A stretch of DNA of 34,486 bases, taken from IMG/VR virus record IMGVR_UViG_2645727868_000009. One strand, given 5' to 3'. The stretch is from a virus. Its lineage: Duplodnaviria; Heunggongvirae; Uroviricota; Caudoviricetes. This document shows positions 10,835 through 19,808 of this stretch, piece by piece (positions within the stretch are counted from its first letter, which is position 1; the number at the start of each line of letters is the position of its first letter). The translations under genes and the position numbers were made by a program. The notes below the pieces were generated by a model. The model ran no database searches. It worked only from the letters and a program-made list of their open reading frames with translations, and had not been told where the DNA came from.

Positions 10835-12256
10835 TTACAAAATCATGTCGATGCGACCGGCAAACACATGCAGGCCGTTAACCACGTCGGCAGGGATCGC
10901 GCAGTCCAAGCGATTTGCATCTTTCCCGTTTCGCTGAACGCGCAGCTTTGCCTTGTTCGCTTCCACGTTCTCAAGAATTTCCGCTTCCTCCAGTTTGATC
11001 AGCACGTCATACAGTTCGCTTTCCACTTTTGCGATAGTGCGGGAGCTGAGTTTTTCACGCGGGAAGCGGAGACTGATACGCTCGCGGCACGCCTTGCGGG
11101 TGTAGTCCAGCGTTCTGATGGACGTGATATCCAGTAGCGAAACATCAGCCACGCCCTGCGCGTTCACCGTGTACGTACTGACCGCACGCACAATCTGCAC
11201 CGTGTTACCCGGGCCAACCTCAACCGGTGTCAGGCCGTTATGCAGGGCGTTTTCCTGCTCGTTACGGCTTTCGCGCTGTGACATGGCGACCACATCCAGC
11301 CCGGACAGCGCCAGCGAGTTCAGCGGGCGTGCCGGGTCTTCTTCGCTCGCCATTACTGCGCCGTAGATGGCAGCCAGTACCGCTGGCAACTTCACGGAGC
11401 CGCGATACCAGGGAACGGACACGCGCCCACTGTTCACACCGGCTGCCAGGGTGATCCCGTTTCCGAGACTACCTGTCCAGCCCGCACAACCAATCGCGCC
11501 ACGCTGTTCCATCGCGTTCCCGGTTTTCTCCAGGTGCTGCTTCAGGGCGGCAAGGGCTGGCGTGGTACTGAACGGACAAATCAGAATGTTGTGACCGGCG
11601 GCAAAGACCGCATCCAGTGCGGGCTGAATATCCGGGTCCATTTCGCCGCTCGCCATCGGCGTGGTAGCCACTACAAGGCCGGTTGCAGTGGTGGATACCA
11701 ACAGGGTGATATCATTCCCCCAGGTACCTTTGGTCCGGGCGGTCACTGTCAGTTGAGAGGTGTCAGATTTGTATTCCCCCGTGACCAGAAGCGATGGCGT
11801 CTGCGTCATTGCCGTCACCAGTGCCGGAATGATTTTCGACGGTTCATCCCCGACGTCCACATTAATGGCGATCTGCTCGCCAGCAATCCATACCGACAGC
11901 GTACCGCTGCTGGTTGCAGTGCCGGTGACTTTAACTGCGCCTGTTGCCGCTTTTCCTGCACCACCGTCTGCAATACCGATAACATCCAGTTGCAGATAGC
12001 TGTTGGCGTTAATGGCCGCGCGCGCCATTGCTGCGGCCAGTGAACCGGTCCCGAAATACAAATCCGCTTCGTCTTCGGAATACACGGAAACCGCATTCAG
12101 GGGGGTGGCGGTGCCATCAGGCAGCATCGGGCCAATCACCAGAACACGCTGTTCGTTACCCGGCAACGTGTTAACGGCCAGCCGGGTATTGAACTCAAAA
12201 TGTACACCGGGCTTACGGATACTGCCCGAAATGGTGTCAAACTGAATTTCACTCAT
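10835..12256 (-). CDS. L: Contractile tail sheath protein (Mu L-like)
   Basis: 473-aa ORF, ATG start; size and position typical of myovirus sheath proteins. Confidence 0.85.
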   Translation of the reverse strand: MSEIQFDTISGSIRKPGVHFEFNTRLAVNTLPGNEQRVLVIGPMLPDGTATPLNAVSVYSEDEADLYFGTGSLAAAMARAAINANSYLQLDVIGIADGGAGKAATGAVKVTGTATSSGTLSVWIAGEQIAINVDVGDEPSKIIPALVTAMTQTPSLLVTGEYKSDTSQLTVTARTKGTWGNDITLLVSTTATGLVVATTPMASGEMDPDIQPALDAVFAAGHNILICPFSTTPALAALKQHLEKTGNAMEQRGAIGCAGWTGSLGNGITLAAGVNSGRVSVPWYRGSVKLPAVLAAIYGAVMASEEDPARPLNSLALSGLDVVAMSQRESRNEQENALHNGLTPVEVGPGNTVQIVRAVSTYTVNAQGVADVSLLDITSIRTLDYTRKACRERISLRFPREKLSSRTIAKVESELYDVLIKLEEAEILENVEANKAKLRVQRNGKDANRLDCAIPADVVNGLHVFAGRIDMIL

Positions 12257-12482
12257 CTGAGCCCACCTGTTTCTCTTTCTTCGCCTTCGCTTTTTCTGGT
12301 CCGGTGTCCTGTTCTGCCGTTTCAGGCTCTTCAGCCACCAGAATCAGGTCACCATCCTGAACAGCGCGCCGGTAATAAGCGGTGTTTTCAACGATCACCG
12401 CTTTCGTGGTGATGTATTTCCGGGCGTTATCCTCCATCGGGAACTTCATCCCGGGAGCCGCCTTAACCTTCATTTTGTTCAT
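12249..12482 (-). CDS. Mu gp38-like small protein
   Basis: 77-aa ORF with ATG start overlapping upstream gene end; lysine-rich acidic C-terminus; position before sheath gene. Confidence 0.45.
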   Translation of the reverse strand: MNKMKVKAAPGMKFPMEDNARKYITTKAVIVENTAYYRRAVQDGDLILVAEEPETAEQDTGPEKAKAKKEKQVGSDE

Positions 12483-13044
12483 GCTGTTGCTCTCTTAATT
12501 CATCCAGACCACAGATATCTGCGCCGTATTGCGTACCAATTCGCAGTAAATCCGGGTCAGGGTCTGACAGACGGCCGTGGTAACGGTTGAAAGCCATATC
12601 CGCTTCTGCACCGCGCTCCGGCCATTTGCCGTTTTCCAGCGCGTGCTCCACCCAGCGGGTATCAAACTCACAGGCAAACACGGACATTGCCCGCTCTGCC
12701 ACGCCAGTGTTAAACAGCGTCCTGACCCGCCCGGGTTCGAAATAATCAATCTCCAGCCCCAAATCCTGACCGGTCAGCAGGCGACGGACGGATTCAACCA
12801 GCAGGTTTGTACCGACCTCATCCCGGACGGTGCCTCCCTGTCTGGCGCTCTGTTCGCTGCGGGTGTTGTAATCACCCACCACAACCACAAAGCGTCCGGT
12901 GGCAATGTATTTCCGGCGTGACGTGGAATAGCGTTCGGTTTTCGCGATGCCGCCGAACGTCACCCAGACTGCCGGAAGGCTGCGAACAATCCGGCCCGGG
13001 TCTTCATCCAGTTCACCGGCATAGGTGCGGACTTCCCGCACCAT
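12463..13044 (-). CDS. Mu gp37-like tail-completion protein
   Basis: 193-aa ORF, ATG start preceded by GGGG; located between gp36-like and sheath genes. Confidence 0.55.
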   Translation of the reverse strand: MVREVRTYAGELDEDPGRIVRSLPAVWVTFGGIAKTERYSTSRRKYIATGRFVVVVGDYNTRSEQSARQGGTVRDEVGTNLLVESVRRLLTGQDLGLEIDYFEPGRVRTLFNTGVAERAMSVFACEFDTRWVEHALENGKWPERGAEADMAFNRYHGRLSDPDPDLLRIGTQYGADICGLDELREQQHEQNEG

Positions 13045-13097
13045 TTTCCCCAGACCACAGCGCAGACGCTCAACCAGCGCCCGTTCAATTTCAGTAA

Positions 13098-13529
13098 TCA
13101 GAATGCACCTCCCCGCGTGGACTCACGCCCGAACTGACGGGAGCCGGAGCGGATACGCACCTGTGACGATGACTGGATCACGCTGCCGGACGTATCCCGC
13201 CCGAGGTTGATTTGTCCTGCCGCGACTTTCTCCAGAAAGCGGATGGCGTCCCGGTAGCGCATCTGAATTTCTTCTGAGCAGATACGGTAATCGGTCGCCA
13301 GGTGATAACGGGCGATATCGCAGCAGTAACCCACCAGAATCCCCGGGCTGTCAGGCCACGGGGTCCGGTAACGCCCCACCAGATAGCCATCAATCTGGGC
13401 ACTGGCACGCGCAAGCGCGGAGGCCAGCTTTTCCTCGTTGATAAGCCCGGTCATCTCTTCATCCGTCAGTGTGCACGCCTCGCGTTCACTGAACGCCCTG
13501 ATGAACTGTTCCGGTGTGGCGTAAGACAT
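13098..13529 (-). CDS. Mu gp36-like head-tail connector protein
   Basis: 143-aa ORF starting MSYATPEQF, ATG start; DUF1320-type N-terminus recalled from Mu-like prophages. Confidence 0.6.
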   Translation of the reverse strand: MSYATPEQFIRAFSEREACTLTDEEMTGLINEEKLASALARASAQIDGYLVGRYRTPWPDSPGILVGYCCDIARYHLATDYRICSEEIQMRYRDAIRFLEKVAAGQINLGRDTSGSVIQSSSQVRIRSGSRQFGRESTRGGAF

Positions 13530-13532
13530 GGG

Positions 13533-13865
13533 TTACTTCTCCTTCTTGTCCGCTTTCTTCGCCGCTTTAAGCTCCGCAGTCAGGTCCTGGACCTTCCGGC
13601 GTTCTTCTTCCAGCTGCGCCGTCAGTTCGCTGACTTTCTGACGTTCGGCATCCAGCTGTGCGGCCAGTTCATCACCCCGGACCGCGTCGTTCTGGCCGGA
13701 CGCTTTATCGCGCTCCACCACAATCAGCATGGGGTCAGCCTTCAGCACCGCCAGCTGTTCCGGGGTGAACGCATCCACAGGCCATGCCTTCGTGGTTGCG
13801 CTGTGTGCCACACCGCAGCGGCGAAAACCCTCGCGGCGGGCGGTAATTTCAATCACCTTTTCCAT
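13533..13865 (-). CDS. Hypothetical head-region coiled-coil protein
   Basis: 110-aa ORF, ATG start, C-terminal half predicted coiled coil (ELAAQLDAERQKVSELTAQLEEERRKVQDL); sits between major head gene and gp36-like gene. Confidence 0.45.
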   Translation of the reverse strand: MEKVIEITARREGFRRCGVAHSATTKAWPVDAFTPEQLAVLKADPMLIVVERDKASGQNDAVRGDELAAQLDAERQKVSELTAQLEEERRKVQDLTAELKAAKKADKKEK

Positions 13866-13868
13866 GCA

Positions 13869-14777
13869 TTACTCCGTCGTACCATCAGAACCAAATGCCA
13901 TCTGCCAGAAGCCGTAACCGCCGTTACAGCGCGCTTCGGCACCAAACAGGAACTTCTTACGCCTGAACACGTTGTCGCTGTTGTAGTCCGTCTGCTCCAC
14001 AAAAACAGGCTTTTTACGCAGCTGATAAATCAGCGGTTTCACCGGTTTGGTGGTGTCAAACAGGAACCACGCAGAATCCGACGCCAGCTCCGGCATCACC
14101 AGCACGTCGGCGGTACTGCGGTACGGGTTCGGCGTACCGTCCGGGAACTTCTCGGCGGTCATCAGGTAGTTCGCGTCATCTTCCAGCGCCGGTGGCACAA
14201 CCAGCAGATTCGGGCGAATTTTGAGGGATGCGCCTTCGTCATCTTTCAGGCTGCGCATGGCAGTACGGGCGGCACCGTAGGAGGCTTTCGCCTCGGCAAG
14301 CGAGCCAACTTTGAGTTTTTTGGTGCCTTTATTGGACACCGATTTACCGGCGACCAGGTGGTCGGTATCAAAGAACATCTGGCCGTCGTAACAGGGATTG
14401 GTAAAACCGTTACTGATAAGGGACGCCACAATATCTGCCGGGAGTTCTGCCGCCGACTGTCCGGCTCCTTTTGCCTGAAGGGCATAGCCCATAATCTGGT
14501 CGTCCTCGATGTCGTTACGATCGACTTCAACCGTGGCTTCCCAGTCCTTGTTACGGATGGTGTAGTTAAATGCCGCCAGTGATTTAACGACCTTGTCGCC
14601 AATCCACTCGCGCATTTTCGGGAAACGACTTAACCAGCTGTAGTCGTTTTCCTTGCCGTTTGATGGCACTTCCATTGCCACCTTCTGCCAGTCAGTTGGC
14701 GACTGGTCGAAGGCTTTCTGGAAGGTGGCCTTCAGATTGATAAAAATCTGTTTGACGTTTTTAACGTTGACTAACAC
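13869..14777 (-). CDS. T: Major head subunit T
   Basis: Long ORF matching Mu-type major capsid position after protease/scaffold and decoration genes. Start set to GTG at 14775-14777, which has AAGGAG 6 nt upstream; track start 14819 is also GTG and the in-frame ATG at 14813 lacks an RBS. Confidence 0.8.
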   Translation of the reverse strand: MLVNVKNVKQIFINLKATFQKAFDQSPTDWQKVAMEVPSNGKENDYSWLSRFPKMREWIGDKVVKSLAAFNYTIRNKDWEATVEVDRNDIEDDQIMGYALQAKGAGQSAAELPADIVASLISNGFTNPCYDGQMFFDTDHLVAGKSVSNKGTKKLKVGSLAEAKASYGAARTAMRSLKDDEGASLKIRPNLLVVPPALEDDANYLMTAEKFPDGTPNPYRSTADVLVMPELASDSAWFLFDTTKPVKPLIYQLRKKPVFVEQTDYNSDNVFRRKKFLFGAEARCNGGYGFWQMAFGSDGTTE

Positions 14778-14787
14778 GTTTTGCTCC

Positions 14788-15183
14788 TTAACTGAAATGA
14801 ACCCAGACGCCATCGCCACCGATGCCGATCACTTTCCCGGCGACAGGACGGGCGCTGCTGTTGTCGGTTTTTGCCACGGTCACGCTGTCTTCCACGTAGC
14901 ACAGCTTGCCGACCTGCGATTGCGTGACCGGGTCTGAGGTGCTGTTCGCCATCAGAAAATCTTTGCCGCAACGCACCAGAACGGTGGCGTCGCCATCGCT
15001 GCCCTTGCTGTTATCCACCCAGTCATCAGACACGCCCAGCGTAATCTGTGAGGCCGTGGCACTGGCCGGAACGGCATAACCGGATGCGTTAACGGCCACC
15101 ATATGACCACCAAAAATTTCGGTCGCAGCGGCAACCGGCACCGGGTTCAGTTCGCCGTCACGGTAGGGGGTATTGCGATCCAT
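14788..15183 (-). CDS. Putative head decoration protein
   Basis: 131-aa ORF, ATG start, Gly/Val-rich beta-type composition; location between scaffold/protease and major head genes where Mu-like phages carry a decoration protein. Confidence 0.45.
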   Translation of the reverse strand: MDRNTPYRDGELNPVPVAAATEIFGGHMVAVNASGYAVPASATASQITLGVSDDWVDNSKGSDGDATVLVRCGKDFLMANSTSDPVTQSQVGKLCYVEDSVTVAKTDNSSARPVAGKVIGIGGDGVWVHFS

Positions 15184-16308
15184 TTACTCATCTCCTGCGT
15201 AACGGGCGACATCCTCTGGATCGACGCCCATCATTGAACAAATGGCGATATCGACATCGACGTCATCGCCGGTTTTAATCTGCGCCGGGGCAGGCGACGG
15301 CGTTTTGGGGGCTTTGCCGCCGGTCTGTGTCTGACTGAGCGCAACAAGTTTCGGTGCGTTCTCCAGCCAGGACTTAAAGCCGTTGATATCGCGGCTGGCG
15401 TAATCTTTCGCCCAGTCTTCCTGTGCCGGAAGCAGTCGCCCGTCAGACAGCGCCGCCTGAATCAGTGTCCCGGCTTCGGCCTCACCGGACTGTTGCGCCA
15501 GTGCGGCATAACGCCCCTGAAGTTCTTCGAAGGCAGCAAGGGAAATGTGTTTTGACGGGTCATAGGCACTGGCTGACAGGCTGGCGATTTGCTCATCTTT
15601 CTGATTCAGCAGGGCCAGCAGGCTGACGGATGCCGCCGCCGTTCCCTGACCGTTCGAAATCATGTCAACGACCTTTTGCAGCTCGTTTTTGATATCTTCC
15701 GCCGTTGAGGTAACCGGGAGGTTAAGCATCCAGCGCAGACTGGACAGCAAATCGTTTAACAGTTCTTCATCCACTGTTGTGGTCTCCGTTTCAGTTGACA
15801 GACTCGCCAGACGGCTGGCCGCAGCCAGCATGACCGCGTCCATACCGTCCAGCGCCGGGGTATTGGTCAGTGCGGCGTGTAACAGTTCAATGACTTCGCC
15901 GCGCCGGTTGTATCCAAATACCGGGGAAATAAATTTGTACTCACCGGCGGCAATCATGGCCGCCGCGTTCTCCGTCCACTCCACACCGATGGCATACAGG
16001 CCTGAACCTTCACGCCATTCCACCTGGCTGAACCAGCCCGCCGCCGGGGCGGGCTTGCCGTTGTTTACGGCGCGCAGCGTCTGATGTTCGTAATCAATGA
16101 CAAAAGGCGTGGTACGGGCGGCCACCTGCGCGACAAGCTGCGCGGCCAGTTCAGCGGTCAGCACCCATTTACCGCTTTCGACTTCATCTGTATACGGGCG
16201 ACCATCCACCGCGCTGAACTCGCCCGCCGGTAACAGCTGGATTTCGCTGTGGGTTGCTTTAGTAATTTCGAGGCTTAACGCCGCAATGTTCATCTTCATA
16301 CGCGGCAT
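15184..16308 (-). CDS. I: Head protease/scaffold protein I
   Basis: ORF with conserved-looking core (IQLLPAGEF...) and Ala-rich scaffold-like C-terminal half. Track start 16353 is GTG; first ATG is 16308, with further in-frame ATGs at 16299 and 16293. Start uncertain. Confidence 0.75.
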   Translation of the reverse strand: MPRMKMNIAALSLEITKATHSEIQLLPAGEFSAVDGRPYTDEVESGKWVLTAELAAQLVAQVAARTTPFVIDYEHQTLRAVNNGKPAPAAGWFSQVEWREGSGLYAIGVEWTENAAAMIAAGEYKFISPVFGYNRRGEVIELLHAALTNTPALDGMDAVMLAAASRLASLSTETETTTVDEELLNDLLSSLRWMLNLPVTSTAEDIKNELQKVVDMISNGQGTAAASVSLLALLNQKDEQIASLSASAYDPSKHISLAAFEELQGRYAALAQQSGEAEAGTLIQAALSDGRLLPAQEDWAKDYASRDINGFKSWLENAPKLVALSQTQTGGKAPKTPSPAPAQIKTGDDVDVDIAICSMMGVDPEDVARYAGDE

Positions 16309-16339
16309 GATGACGGAAGGGGAACACGGGGTACTGTGG

Positions 16340-16356
16340 AGGGTGTTCAGCACCCT
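16340..16356. promoter_or_regulatory. Palindromic motif AGGGTG-TTCAG-CACCCT upstream of gene I (copy 1 of a shared element)
   Basis: Perfect 6-bp arms with 5-bp spacer; embedded in a 29-bp block (16328-16356) that recurs at 24488-24516. Confidence 0.5.
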
Positions 16357-16391
16357 GCCATAACGGGAAAGGATAAAAGGGGAAATAAAAC

Positions 16392-16480
16392 CGTTTTTAA
16401 AACCCTTTTAAAAACGATTCTGACGGCATTTATGGGGTGCGGTGCTGTTATGCCTCATCCGTGAGGCGTTTATGCCGTCA
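16392..16480. other. Structured G-I intergenic region with nested inverted repeats
   Basis: AT-rich perfect palindrome CGTTTTTAAAA-CCC-TTTTAAAAACG (16392-16416); 9-bp inverted repeat TGACGGCAT...ATGCCGTCA (16421-16429 / 16472-16480) enclosing hairpin GCCTCA-TCCG-TGAGGC (16452-16467); repeated TTATGCC. Confidence 0.6.
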
Positions 16481-16508
16481 CAGCCGATTACAGCGCGTTT
16501 GTCGCCAT

Positions 16509-17060
16509 TCAGTCAATCACACGCGCAAAATAGCGGTTTGCGGTGTTCTCCAGCTCGTCGATGTCGTCCTGCACGAGCTGAAGGAAGGGGCGCGCGGGCA
16601 TGTTGACCGTATATGCCCCGACAGTTGCGCTCTGCACAAAATTACTGTTGCGCTTTTTCACAAAGCGGGTGCTGACGCTGCCGTTTTTGTACTGTTTAAA
16701 ATACAGGTTCTGCGTCCGTGCCTGATGGCGGATTTCGCCGCCTTCGTTGTGGATACGGGCATAACGGACGTTTGTCCCGACCGTGGCCTCGTTATTGTTA
16801 ACCGCAGAGCGGATACTGGCAGCCAGTCGCCCGGACTTCTGAAGGATTTGCCCGGGGCCGCGTCGCTTCGCATAAGCCGGACTCCAGCCCATCCATTTCG
16901 GGCGACCCTGTTGTTCAAAGTTAGTCTCAACCGCATCCAGTATGGAACCCGCAAGTGCCGTCATCAGATCGCGCCGGTCCTTCACGGAGCGAATCAGTTT
17001 CCCCAGCGTGGTGTTATACGCGCTTAAATCAATCTTAATATCCAGTTTACCGTTGCTCAT
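16509..17060 (-). CDS. G: Virion morphogenesis protein G
   Basis: 183-aa ORF, ATG start overlapping F stop (ATGA); position after F gene as in Mu. Confidence 0.75.
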   Translation of the reverse strand: MSNGKLDIKIDLSAYNTTLGKLIRSVKDRRDLMTALAGSILDAVETNFEQQGRPKWMGWSPAYAKRRGPGQILQKSGRLAASIRSAVNNNEATVGTNVRYARIHNEGGEIRHQARTQNLYFKQYKNGSVSTRFVKKRNSNFVQSATVGAYTVNMPARPFLQLVQDDIDELENTANRYFARVID

Positions 17061-18223
17061 GATGCCTCCGGGGCGTCCTGCATAACCCAGTCTGTCAGCA
17101 CGTCATCCTCAACCGTCACCACCGACCAGCGGTCGCCCGACTGTAACGCATACCGCCACGCGTTGCCGTCCTGCGTGACATGCTCCGCCCGTTCGATGGT
17201 CTGCTGCATCAGCACATAATCAGCGGTGGTCGGGGGCGCGTCTGTTGCACTGAGGCGCTTCATGACGTCAGCCGTAAGGTTTACCGTCTGCCGTGCAGCG
17301 CCCGTGGCGGCGACCTGTTCCGGTGAACGGATGGCCAGCGGATATCGCTGGCGCGCATCCAGATCGCTGACGTTCGCCATCCCCCGGGCAAAGTCCGGCC
17401 CGGTCAGGGTGCCAGTGACGTACTGGCGGGCGCTGCGGTAATCGTATTTTTCCAGCTCCGGTTGCCATGCCACCCGACCGGGATTAAAACCGAAGCCCGG
17501 GTCGGCGGTATACACGGAGCCGTCCGGCATCTTCAGCCCCATTGTTCTGATGGTCTGGCCCGGCTGGCCATATTCCTGCTCAACCTCAACCAGTCGCCCC
17601 TCGCTGCTCTGTACCGTCAGGCCATATTTCTCCACATCCGACGCCGAACGCGCCCGGATACGGCAGCGGCATCCGTATCCGTCCGGCGCGTAGAAATACT
17701 CCCAGACCGGGTCATCCGCCCGGGCGGTAAAACCGTTCAGGGCGGCGTGTTTCGGGCGGGTGTGAAGGTCCATCACCGCCACGCGCTCAAAATAAGGCCG
17801 GTCGGCCACGTTCGCCATCTGCTGCTGATAACGCCCGGCGTTATATGACGACTGAATATTGGTATCAAATATCGTGCGCAACCGGCGCGGCGTCAGCTGT
17901 CTGCCATGCAGTTCGCCGGTGTCCTCGTCCACAATCAGCTTTTTACCCAGCCAGCCTTTTGACTCCAGCAGTGGTTCCATTTGTGCTGCAAACTCCCGGA
18001 ACGTCCCGCCGTCAGCCAGTGCCGCCGTCAGGCCATCACGGATATCCTTCAGCACATCCAGTTTCAGCACGCCTGCCACCGTGAACGCCCGGGCGTTGGC
18101 GATATCCTTCACATCGTGCCAGCGGAAGCCGATAACGTATCCCTTGCTTTCGAAATACTTAATCGCTTCTTCCGGTTTCAGGGTGTACGCATAACCCAGG
18201 TCAACATCGTCAGCTGTCGGCAT
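17057..18223 (-). CDS. F: Minor head protein F (Mu gp30-like)
   Basis: 388-aa ORF, ATG start, follows portal gene; Mu F-like head morphogenesis family by gene order and size. Confidence 0.8.
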   Translation of the reverse strand: MPTADDVDLGYAYTLKPEEAIKYFESKGYVIGFRWHDVKDIANARAFTVAGVLKLDVLKDIRDGLTAALADGGTFREFAAQMEPLLESKGWLGKKLIVDEDTGELHGRQLTPRRLRTIFDTNIQSSYNAGRYQQQMANVADRPYFERVAVMDLHTRPKHAALNGFTARADDPVWEYFYAPDGYGCRCRIRARSASDVEKYGLTVQSSEGRLVEVEQEYGQPGQTIRTMGLKMPDGSVYTADPGFGFNPGRVAWQPELEKYDYRSARQYVTGTLTGPDFARGMANVSDLDARQRYPLAIRSPEQVAATGAARQTVNLTADVMKRLSATDAPPTTADYVLMQQTIERAEHVTQDGNAWRYALQSGDRWSVVTVEDDVLTDWVMQDAPEAS

Positions 18224-19805
18224 TTAGTCGCCCCCAGATATCCGCCACAAAGAATGCCTGTGTCAGCAACTGCCGCAGCGTGTCATCCGGCAGTTCCGGC
18301 CAGGCTTCCGCCAGTACGTTCATGGCCTCGTCCGCATCCCGGCCTTCCTGTATGGCCTGCACCAGCGGGGCCACCAGTTCGTTCATCCCCTGCGCGATGG
18401 CCTCTGCCGGAAGTTCTGCCCGGTCGATGGCGCGTTGTGCCGGGTCGTCCTCCTCGTTGTCCTGCTGACTGAGTGCTGCAACATTCAGCCGCTCACGCAG
18501 CTGGCTGAGGCCCGCCTGCACAGGGAGACGCTGTGCCACCGGCACCAGTACCTCTTCGCCGTCTTTCGGGGTGGGGATACCGGTTTTTTTGCGCACCCAC
18601 GACGCCGGGATATCCTTCATCCCCACATTGTTGAGCAACACGCTGACGGCTTCCGCCACACCCTTAATGTCAGCTTCCTGCTGCACATCAAACACCAGGC
18701 GCGGAAGACGGCGTGACGGGATATCCTGCCAGCCGTTGAGACTGGCCATCATCTGTATCAGACTGCTGAACATGCCGGACAGCTGGCGTGCATCAGCGGT
18801 CAGAATGTCGTGCCGGACCTCGTTATGGACATTACCCAGTGCGTTGGTGGAGGTTTTACCGTCGGCCTGGCTGGTCAGCGTACTGCCCAGAATCACTTTT
18901 GAGGTGGTACGCTCCGCCCATTCCACCATCGACATGAATGCCTCCGGTCCGCCGGAGGCAGCTTCCTTGAACTCGATTTCGTTACCCTGCGGCAGGGCTG
19001 CCACCGCTTCATGCCCCAGATTGACCAGCGCCTCAAGAATGTTGTCCCGGTCCGCGTCACTGGTGCCCTGTGCATAGTACGCAATGCGCGCTGGAAGACC
19101 GTAAATCTCCAGAAATTCCGCCATATCACGCAGCGCAAAGTTTTTAAACAGATACGGCCAGACCAGTACGCGGAACAGGCCGGATGAACCCAGGAACCCC
19201 GACCGGGCGTTGTAACGGTGAACCAGCCAGCCGAACGGCCACAATGCGGAACCGTCCTTACCGTCTTCCCCACGGTTGCCGTCATCCAGCCGGAGTTCGT
19301 CATTGTGTTCCGGCAGAGTTATGAACCAGTTATGCGGGCGCAGCGTCACCGCATCCGGTAACCATGTTTTATCCACGAACGCCCAGCTGATTTCCTGACA
19401 GCTGAAGCCGTAACCGACACTGCTCATCCCGTTGAGGATGATGTCCTCCATGTCCGGGATGCCGTGCAGCCATTCATCCACGGCGGCGGCCAGCTCCTTT
19501 TCTGCCTTCGAGGCATTGCGGGGCGGCTCCACCGACCAGTCCAGCGTCAGCAACGCTTTTTTGCGCTTTTCCATCTCGGCGAACAGATGGCCATCACGTT
19601 CTTCCATATCCGCAAACAGCATCGCCTGCGCCGGAAGATAACCGCGTTCGGCTGCTTCCAGAATACGCGGCAGTTTTCTGATGTTCAGACCACGGGACGG
19701 GTGATCGGGATAGATGCGCAGTCGTTCCGCCACTCTGACCGACTGCGTTGTTTTGAGTGCCTCACGTTTCAGCGGGCGTCCGTAAATATCAACAAGCTGT
19801 GCCAT
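18210..19805 (-). CDS. Portal protein (Mu gp29-like)
   Basis: 531-aa ORF, ATG start with AGGAGG upstream, acidic C-terminal region; directly downstream of terminase large subunit. Confidence 0.85.
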   Translation of the reverse strand: MAQLVDIYGRPLKREALKTTQSVRVAERLRIYPDHPSRGLNIRKLPRILEAAERGYLPAQAMLFADMEERDGHLFAEMEKRKKALLTLDWSVEPPRNASKAEKELAAAVDEWLHGIPDMEDIILNGMSSVGYGFSCQEISWAFVDKTWLPDAVTLRPHNWFITLPEHNDELRLDDGNRGEDGKDGSALWPFGWLVHRYNARSGFLGSSGLFRVLVWPYLFKNFALRDMAEFLEIYGLPARIAYYAQGTSDADRDNILEALVNLGHEAVAALPQGNEIEFKEAASGGPEAFMSMVEWAERTTSKVILGSTLTSQADGKTSTNALGNVHNEVRHDILTADARQLSGMFSSLIQMMASLNGWQDIPSRRLPRLVFDVQQEADIKGVAEAVSVLLNNVGMKDIPASWVRKKTGIPTPKDGEEVLVPVAQRLPVQAGLSQLRERLNVAALSQQDNEEDDPAQRAIDRAELPAEAIAQGMNELVAPLVQAIQEGRDADEAMNVLAEAWPELPDDTLRQLLTQAFFVADIWGRLNADS

Positions 19806-19808
19806 TAA

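Noticed and set aside
13302-14582. 426-aa plus-strand ORF
   Set aside because: Lies entirely antisense to the well-supported major head T and neighbouring genes; Arg/His/Gln-rich product typical of antisense reading of GC-rich coding DNA; no RBS. Treated as an artefact.
16437-17027. 196-aa plus-strand ORF starting in the G-I intergenic region
   Set aside because: Runs antisense through gene G; its start falls inside the palindromic intergenic region and is not an ATG with an RBS.
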